Below, in pieces: positions 58,618 through 64,000 of a DNA stretch of 64,000 bases (positions within the stretch are counted from its first letter, which is position 1; each line of letters opens with the position of its first letter). Under the pieces are notes generated by a model, which was given only the letters and a program-made list of their open reading frames with translations, did not search any database and was not told the DNA's origin. The stretch spans positions 2,933,157-2,997,156 of the forward strand of contig OZ251500.1 in NCBI GenBank assembly GCA_965242755.1, given 5' to 3'. The stretch comes from Dehalococcoidia bacterium. Its GTDB lineage: Bacteria; Chloroflexota; Dehalococcoidia; Lucifugimonadales; Australimonadaceae. A program made the position numbers and the translations under genes.

Positions 58618-58715
58618 CCCTCACCCTGCCCTCTCCCTGAGGAGAGGGAGTTTAGGCGGGGTTAGGCGGGGATGTGAATGTACCCTCACCCCGGCCCTCT
58701 CCCAGAGGGAGAGGG
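58618..58715. repeat. Two REP-like family B palindromes (CCCTCACCC..CCCTCTCCC-loop-GGAGAGGG)
   Basis: 58618-58648 and 58683-58715. Confidence 0.85.
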
Positions 58716-58732
58716 AGTTCGGTAGGGTTGTA

Positions 58733-58761
58733 AGCGTAGGGGTTGGCGGCGGTTGGCGCAA
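58733..58761 (-). promoter_or_regulatory. Junction repeat copy 2, putative promoter TTGCGC-N17-TACGCT of RM paralog 1
   Basis: 58725-58765 is identical over 41 bp to 62985-63025. Confidence 0.55.
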
Positions 58762-58789
58762 GGGGCGAATGTCGCAACCCCCGCGCTCA

Positions 58790-61705
58790 TTACGGGAACC
58801 TCAGGCGGCGCTGCGGCGAAGGCGCGGCGGCTTTCGACTTTTTGCCGCCGTGGACGGAGGGTTCGTCGCAGAGTTGCCGGCGCAGCAAGTCAAGGCTGGG
58901 CATCAACTCGGAAGGGACGCCGAGCACGTCCACGAGCAGGCGGCGGTCGAGTTCCTTGCGGACTTCGTCGTCCGCCGCCTCGTTGAGCGGGCGCATCGGC
59001 CTCGCTTTCAGGTCTTCGAATATGGCGTTGGCCTGCGCGACCTGGTCGTCGCTGAGCGCGCCAACGTCAAGCGTGGGCATCGTTGCAGCCTGAAGCTTAG
59101 GCATCAACCCACGCGCCGATTGCTGTTTGGAGGAATGCCACCAGTAGAGAAAGCAGCCGAGGGTGGAGTTGGCCCAAAGCGCATGCGCCATCTCGCGGTC
59201 GGGTTGATTGAGGATGATGTTCGGCCATGCGCGCCCGCCGAGCACGGGTTCCTCCGTGAACGCGACGGACAAAGCGTTCGCGCTGAAGCCGAAGTCGGCG
59301 TTGTGGTGCAGCCGCGTCGCGGTTGCCCATATCTCCTGCGCCCGCTGCTCTTTCCCTGTTCGGATTCTGGCCTCGGCATCCGGTTCGACCAGCATTGTTC
59401 GCTCGTGCTCCGACTTATGCCTCCACAGCGTTGGGTAGGCGGCATGCGTCGGGGGCGGCCGGCGAATGTTGAAAGCTCCGCGTCCTCCACCCTCGTTAAT
59501 GTCGCGGTGCAGGAACCCTAGTCTGCCGATGTTTTCCAACGGAGTGATGGGCATAGGGAAAACGTCGGATTCGAAGCGTCGGGGCAGCCAGAGGCGGCCG
59601 TGGGCCAACTGGTGAGCGGTTTGCGCGAGACCCAGGTCGATCATTCCCGCGACCGGCCACTGACCGCCCTTGACGAGCGGGCAATTGAGGACTTCGTCCA
59701 CTTTCTCCTCTCCGACGAAGATCACGGAGCCGCCGACGGGGCCTGCCTCTAATTGGTTCACGCTCCGCGATTCGGCGAGGCGGAGAACCTGCTCCGCGAT
59801 CTCCTCGCCCTCCATCGGGTTTCTCGGTCGGCGGACGAGATTGACGAAGAGGCCGCGCTCGCCCGGGGCATCGTCGCCGCTCTTCCGCGCGACGATCAGA
59901 ACTTCGCCCATATCCGTTTCAGCGGAGAACGACTTGTCGATGCCTTTCTCGCCCGCGATGGAGACGACGATGACGTCGCGGTAGTTGCCGCGGAACAGGT
60001 CGCGGGCTTTTTGCCAACTGTGGCCTTGCAGGAAAACGAGGGGCAGCACCATTGCGACGGTTCCCGAATCGGCGGTCATCTTGTCGGCGAGCGCGATGAA
60101 GTGGGAGGCGGTTCCGGCGTTGCCGTCGGCGCAAGTGTCGCGCCCCAGAGACTTGGCGAGGTCGGACATCTCCTTCTGCGCCTCTTTGTCCGTCCCCAGC
60201 CCCGCGAACGCAGGGTTCGGAATCTCTTTGCGCTTGCCGGCGTGGTTGGTGGGGCGGGTGAACGGAGGATTCATAATGACGAGATCAAACTCGCCCGGCT
60301 TGAGGTCGAGTTTCTCCGCGACGCGCTCCTCGCCTCTGCCAGTGATGCGGACGGGCGCGCTCGTGCGGAACAACGGCTGAATTTGCGCGTCTTCGGAGAG
60401 GAGGTCGAGCGAGCCTAGCGCGTAGTCGGTTTCTCCATGCCTGCCGTAAGGGAGCGTGTAGAGCCTCGTGTTGGCGAATTGCCTCGCGGGATAGGCGGAC
60501 GCGAGCATCGACGTCGTGAGGTGCACGGACATCGGCATAATGTCCGCGCCGACGATTTCCTCCTCCATTGCGCGGGCGTGGAGGTCCTCCCCGCTGCCGC
60601 CGCGCGACTCGCGGAGCGTCACGAGGCGGCGGTAGCCGGCGGAGAGGAGCGTGCCGGTGCCGCAGGAGAAGTCCCCGATCTTGAATTGGCTGTAGTTCGC
60701 CTCGCGGTCGGGGAGCGCGAGCGTTGCGAGGATGGCGGCGGCGGGCGGCGTGGTGTAGAAGGTGGCGAGGAACTTCCGGTCGGCGATGAGGCGCTGAAAG
60801 ACGACGCCGGAGAGGTCATGGGAGCGGGTTACGCCCTCGCTTATCAGTTCGGCGGCGGTGGCGGAGAGCAACCCGAACACGTCGGACGCCAGGCCCTCGG
60901 GCAGTCGCGACATAATCTGATGGGCGATGTCGAAGATGGGGTAGTAGTTGACGCGGAGGATCTTGCGCCACTCGTCGAGGACGGCCGTTTTCGAGAAGCG
61001 CTCGCTGTTGGGGTTTCGCAAGATGTCGAGAGGCTGAATGCCGTGGGAGCCTGCGAGGTTGGCGTGAAAGACGAGCGCGTTGGTGACGATGGTCATCGCC
61101 ATGCGGCGCGTCTGGACGCCGTCTTCTTGCTGGAGGCGCTCGGCGATCCACGGGCCGACGTCGGGGCGGAGTTCGATGGTTTCGCTCAGGCGCTCGGAGG
61201 CGGCGATGACGCCTTGCTGGAGGCGATTGGCGGCGTTTTCGATGGCGCGCAAGGGAATGCTCGCTTGGTAGGCGAGGCGCGCGAGGTCGGTCGCGCCGCC
61301 GACGAGCCATCCGGCGTCGGGGAATCGGTCGTGCCGGTCGGGCGCGGCGCCGGAGAGGAGGGCGTATTCGAGGGCGGCGTCGGTTCGGCGGAGGGCGTTG
61401 CGGAGGGCTTCGCCTTCGAGTTCGCGGAAGCGGGCGGGGACGCGGACTGCGATGGCGGCGTTGACGATGGCGCCGTCGGTGAGCGCGACGCCGAGTCTTG
61501 CGCGGGCGTCGGCTTCGACGGTCGCGGCGGGGACGACCTCCGTTTCGATGACGACGGGCGCGGATCCGTGTGCGACGGCGAGGATGTCGGGCCGGCGGGG
61601 CCCTTGGGTGCGGCCGAGTTGCTCGCCGCTGACGCGCCAGTTGGCGCGGAGGGCGTCGAGCGTCTCCGCGAGGGCGATGTTGATTTCAGGTTCGCTGGTG
61701 GCCAT
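58790..61705 (-). CDS. Type IIG-like restriction-modification protein, paralog 2
   Basis: Same motifs as paralog 1; start reassigned to MATSEPE (61705) because both paralogs begin with that sequence; 971 aa. Confidence 0.85.
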   Translation of the reverse strand: MATSEPEINIALAETLDALRANWRVSGEQLGRTQGPRRPDILAVAHGSAPVVIETEVVPAATVEADARARLGVALTDGAIVNAAIAVRVPARFRELEGEALRNALRRTDAALEYALLSGAAPDRHDRFPDAGWLVGGATDLARLAYQASIPLRAIENAANRLQQGVIAASERLSETIELRPDVGPWIAERLQQEDGVQTRRMAMTIVTNALVFHANLAGSHGIQPLDILRNPNSERFSKTAVLDEWRKILRVNYYPIFDIAHQIMSRLPEGLASDVFGLLSATAAELISEGVTRSHDLSGVVFQRLIADRKFLATFYTTPPAAAILATLALPDREANYSQFKIGDFSCGTGTLLSAGYRRLVTLRESRGGSGEDLHARAMEEEIVGADIMPMSVHLTTSMLASAYPARQFANTRLYTLPYGRHGETDYALGSLDLLSEDAQIQPLFRTSAPVRITGRGEERVAEKLDLKPGEFDLVIMNPPFTRPTNHAGKRKEIPNPAFAGLGTDKEAQKEMSDLAKSLGRDTCADGNAGTASHFIALADKMTADSGTVAMVLPLVFLQGHSWQKARDLFRGNYRDVIVVSIAGEKGIDKSFSAETDMGEVLIVARKSGDDAPGERGLFVNLVRRPRNPMEGEEIAEQVLRLAESRSVNQLEAGPVGGSVIFVGEEKVDEVLNCPLVKGGQWPVAGMIDLGLAQTAHQLAHGRLWLPRRFESDVFPMPITPLENIGRLGFLHRDINEGGGRGAFNIRRPPPTHAAYPTLWRHKSEHERTMLVEPDAEARIRTGKEQRAQEIWATATRLHHNADFGFSANALSVAFTEEPVLGGRAWPNIILNQPDREMAHALWANSTLGCFLYWWHSSKQQSARGLMPKLQAATMPTLDVGALSDDQVAQANAIFEDLKARPMRPLNEAADDEVRKELDRRLLVDVLGVPSELMPSLDLLRRQLCDEPSVHGGKKSKAAAPSPQRRLRFP

Positions 61706-61739
61706 ATTTGGGGGGCCCTCACCCTGCCCTCTCCCAGAG

Positions 61740-62951
61740 GAGACCTTTGCATAACTCACCGACATCGCGCACAATTGCCGCAACACGCCCCAACGCGAGG
61801 AGAACTGCTAAGCGCCGCAAGACCAGCGAACCCTCCTTCATCGACGTCCTCGTCCCCGACCACATCGGACGCAACGACCAACACGACCGCATCGACCAGA
61901 TGATCGACTGGCCCAAAGTCGCCAAGAAGGTCAGCGGCCTCTACGCCTCTCCCGAAGGCCGCCCCGCCTACCCTCCCCTCACGATGGTCAAGATCATCAT
62001 CCTCCAGCAGCGGGTAACGCCTCCGACACGGCGATAGAAGAGGCCGTGAGCGACCGGCTGTCGTTCCGCCGCTTCGCGGGGCTGTCGCTCCAAGACGCGG
62101 TTCCGGACCACTCGACGATCAGCCGCTTTCGGAAGGAGGTCGCGGAGCGGGGGCTCGCGCAGCGGCTGTTCGAGGAGGTGGGCCGCCAGTTGGAGAAGAA
62201 GGGGCTGCTGGTGAAGAAGGGCACGCTGATCGACGCGTCGGTGATCGAGGCGCAGGCTAGGCGCCCTGGGTCGGAGGCGGGCGCGCGTAGCAAGACGGAC
62301 CCTGACGCCGCGTGGACGCGGAAGGGGAAGAAGTCGCGCTTCGGCTACAAGTTGCACATCGGGATGGACGGGATCTCCGGGCTCGTTCGCGGGGTTGAGT
62401 TGACGCTTGCGAATGTGGCCGACACTGACGTGGCCGACGCGCTGATCATGGGCGATGAGGAAGCGGTGTACGCGGATAAAGCGTATGAGTCGAAAGAGCG
62501 CCGGAAGCGGTTACGCGCGCGGGGGATCAACGACCGGATCATGCATCGGTCGCATAAGAACCAGGAGGAGTTGCCGTACTGGCAGCGGAGGCGGAACGCG
62601 CTTGTGTCGAAGGTTCGGGCGCCTGTCGAAGGGGTGTTTGGGACGCTGAAGCGGAGTTACGGGTACTGGCGGACGCGTTACATAGGGTTGGAGAAGAATG
62701 TCGCGGAGGCGATGTTCAAGGTCATGGCGTACAACTTGCGGAGGGTGGACGGGTTGTGCGAGGCGCGGGGCGCCGCGATTGCGTAGGGGGGTAGTGTGTC
62801 CGTTGAGGGTAGGAGGCCCTGCGGAGCCCCGAAAACGGGGCGGGCAGGGAGGGATGAGGGCGGCCTATGGCGGGTTAGGCGGGGCGAATTGACCATCGGA
62901 GCGGCGCGGCACTGCCCAATCGCGCGAAACGACGGGTTATGCAAAGGTCTC
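61740..62951 (+). mobile_element. IS5-family insertion sequence (IS1106-like ends), ~1.2 kb
   Basis: Terminal inverted repeats GAGACCTTTGCATAAC (61740-61755) and GTTATGCAAAGGTCTC (62936-62951); flanking direct repeat CAGAG (or AGA if the IRs are 17 bp). Confidence 0.93.
61801..62786 (+). pseudogene. Frameshifted IS5-family DDE transposase
   Basis: Frame 1: IDW..GRPAYPPLTMVKIIILQQ. Frame 2: SD.AIEEAVSDRLSFRRF..PDHSTISRFR..IDAS..FGYKLH..YADKAY..RAPVEGVFG. One base is missing near 62011-62015 and there is no clear start codon after GAGGAG. Confidence 0.85.
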
Positions 62952-62992
62952 CAGAGGGAGAGGGAATCTTAGGGGAGTTAGGCGGGGTTGTA

Positions 62993-63021
62993 AGCGTAGG
63001 GGTTGGCGGCGGTTGGCGCAA
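62993..63021 (-). promoter_or_regulatory. Junction repeat copy 3, putative promoter of RM paralog 2, now separated from it by the IS
   Basis: TTGCGC-N17-TACGCT on the minus strand, identical to copy 2. Confidence 0.55.
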
Positions 63022-63116
63022 GGGGGGAATGTCATGCGCTTGCGCGGGAATAACGAGATAACGGCGCACGGTTGCGGTATGGCGCGGCGCGGTTGGTGTG
63101 GGATAATCGCGGGGCT

Positions 63117-64000
63117 ATGGACGAGCGGGAGTTGCAGGCGAGACGCCCCGACGCATCGGCGGACGCGCTCGCGACGGTGGATGAGCCGGCACTCGCGGAG
63201 GCGCTCGGCAGCGCGGACGCGCCGGGGGGGCAACCCTCACCCCAGCCCTCTCCCATAGGGAGAGGGAGTGAAGGCACCGGTGCGGCGGATGGCGTGGGGG
63301 CGTGGGAAGAGGAACGGGAAGCGGGGGTGGATGCGGCGGATGATGGCGCAGGGGAGGGGTTTGGGGCGGGGGAGGAGTTGACGCTTGAGGATTTGTTGGA
63401 TATGTACGCGACGATGCTGCTTGTTCGGACGCTGGACGAGCGGGTGTGGGCGATGAACCGGCAGGGGAAGGCGGCGATCGTGGCGTCGTGCCAGGGGCAC
63501 GAGGCGGCGCAGTTGGCGTCGGTTTGGGCGCTGCGGAAGAACGCGCCGGACTTCTTCTGCTTTCCGTACTACCGGGACTTGGCGCTTACGACGGCGCTCG
63601 GGCTCACGCCGCTGGAGTCGCTGCTGGGGTTCCTTGCGAAAGCCGGGGAGCCGCTGTCGGGGGCGCGTCAGTTCCCGCAGCACGGGGCGGCGCCGGAGTT
63701 GCGCTTCATCAATCACTCGAACGTGATCGGCACGCACGCGCCGCAAGCGGTCGGCTGGGCGCTGGGCGTGAAGATGCGCGGCGAGAGCGCGGTGGTCGGC
63801 TGCTTCTTCGGGGACGGGACGACGAGCCAGGGGGACGTCCACGAGGCGATGAACTTCGCGTCGATCCACAAGTTGCCGATCGTGTTCTTCGTCGAAAACA
63901 ACAAGTACGCGATTTCCGTGCCCGTGTCGCGGCAGATGGCGGTCGAGCGGTACGCGGTTCGGGCGGCGGGCTACGCGATGCCCGGCGTGACGGTGGACGG
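63117..64000 (+). CDS. 2-oxoacid (pyruvate or branched-chain) dehydrogenase E1 alpha subunit, 3'-truncated by the window edge; absent from the ORF track
   Basis: Manual translation: ..LLDMYATMLLVRTLDERVWAMNRQGK..SCQGHEAAQ..FPYYRD..RQFPQH..FFGDGTTSQGDVHEAMNFA..FVENNKYAIS (ThDP motif GDG..NN); frame open from ATG 63117. Confidence 0.92.
   Translation, partial: MDERELQARRPDASADALATVDEPALAEALGSADAPGGQPSPQPSPIGRGSEGTGAADGVGAWEEEREAGVDAADDGAGEGFGAGEELTLEDLLDMYATMLLVRTLDERVWAMNRQGKAAIVASCQGHEAAQLASVWALRKNAPDFFCFPYYRDLALTTALGLTPLESLLGFLAKAGEPLSGARQFPQHGAAPELRFINHSNVIGTHAPQAVGWALGVKMRGESAVVGCFFGDGTTSQGDVHEAMNFASIHKLPIVFFVENNKYAISVPVSRQMAVERYAVRAAGYAMPGVTVD
63234..63266. repeat. REP-like family B palindrome inside the E1-alpha reading frame
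   Basis: CCCTCACCCCAGCCCTCTCCCATAGGGAGAGGG, translated PSPQPSPIGRG. Confidence 0.85.

Noticed and set aside
61706..61786. 27-aa N-terminal extension of RM paralog 2 in the ORF track
   Set aside because: It derives from the IS end and the REP; paralog 1 shows the true start is MATSEPE.
62000..62045. Programmed ribosomal frameshift in the transposase
   Set aside because: No slippery A-run or heptamer at the junction, and the conserved QWY-like residues are corrupted; more consistent with a deletion or sequencing error.

Overview
GC-rich bacterial chromosomal window. The lineage is probably Chloroflexota (Dehalococcoidia/SAR202-like); this is inferred from gene order and protein style and was not checked against a database. 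1-9.6 kb holds the end of the spc/alpha ribosomal superoperon (rpsE to rpsI). It is followed by an MmgE/PrpD gene, hrcA-dnaJ, ftsK, a REP-like tandem array and nadC. 18.1-26.3 kb is a tightly coupled seven-gene operon: STAS, REC-PP2C, RsbW-like kinase, substrate-binding lipoprotein, TorS-like histidine kinase, circularly permuted ATP-grasp and alpha-E. Next come a sulfated-glycan cluster, aromatic-catabolism genes (gentisate-type cupin, LigB-LigA fusion, UbiD, amidohydrolase), the rpsF-ssb-rpsR-PPIase-hom-thrC-folE-GNAT-GT4 operon, a broken HelD-like helicase and an orphan sbcD. 55.7-63.0 kb has two tandem paralogous nuclease-methyltransferase (type IIG-like) genes, each bounded by a repeated promoter-like element, with an IS5-family element inserted exactly in a REP hairpin between the second gene and its promoter. 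The window ends in a 2-oxoacid dehydrogenase E1-alpha gene whose N-terminal extension contains an in-frame REP palindrome. The best candidates for something new are the repeat-bounded RM cassette array and the partner-switching/peptide-ligase operon. Three ribosomal proteins (S5, L13, S18) carry long low-complexity tails. I recognised no tRNA, rRNA or CRISPR array. All product calls come from motif recognition by eye.
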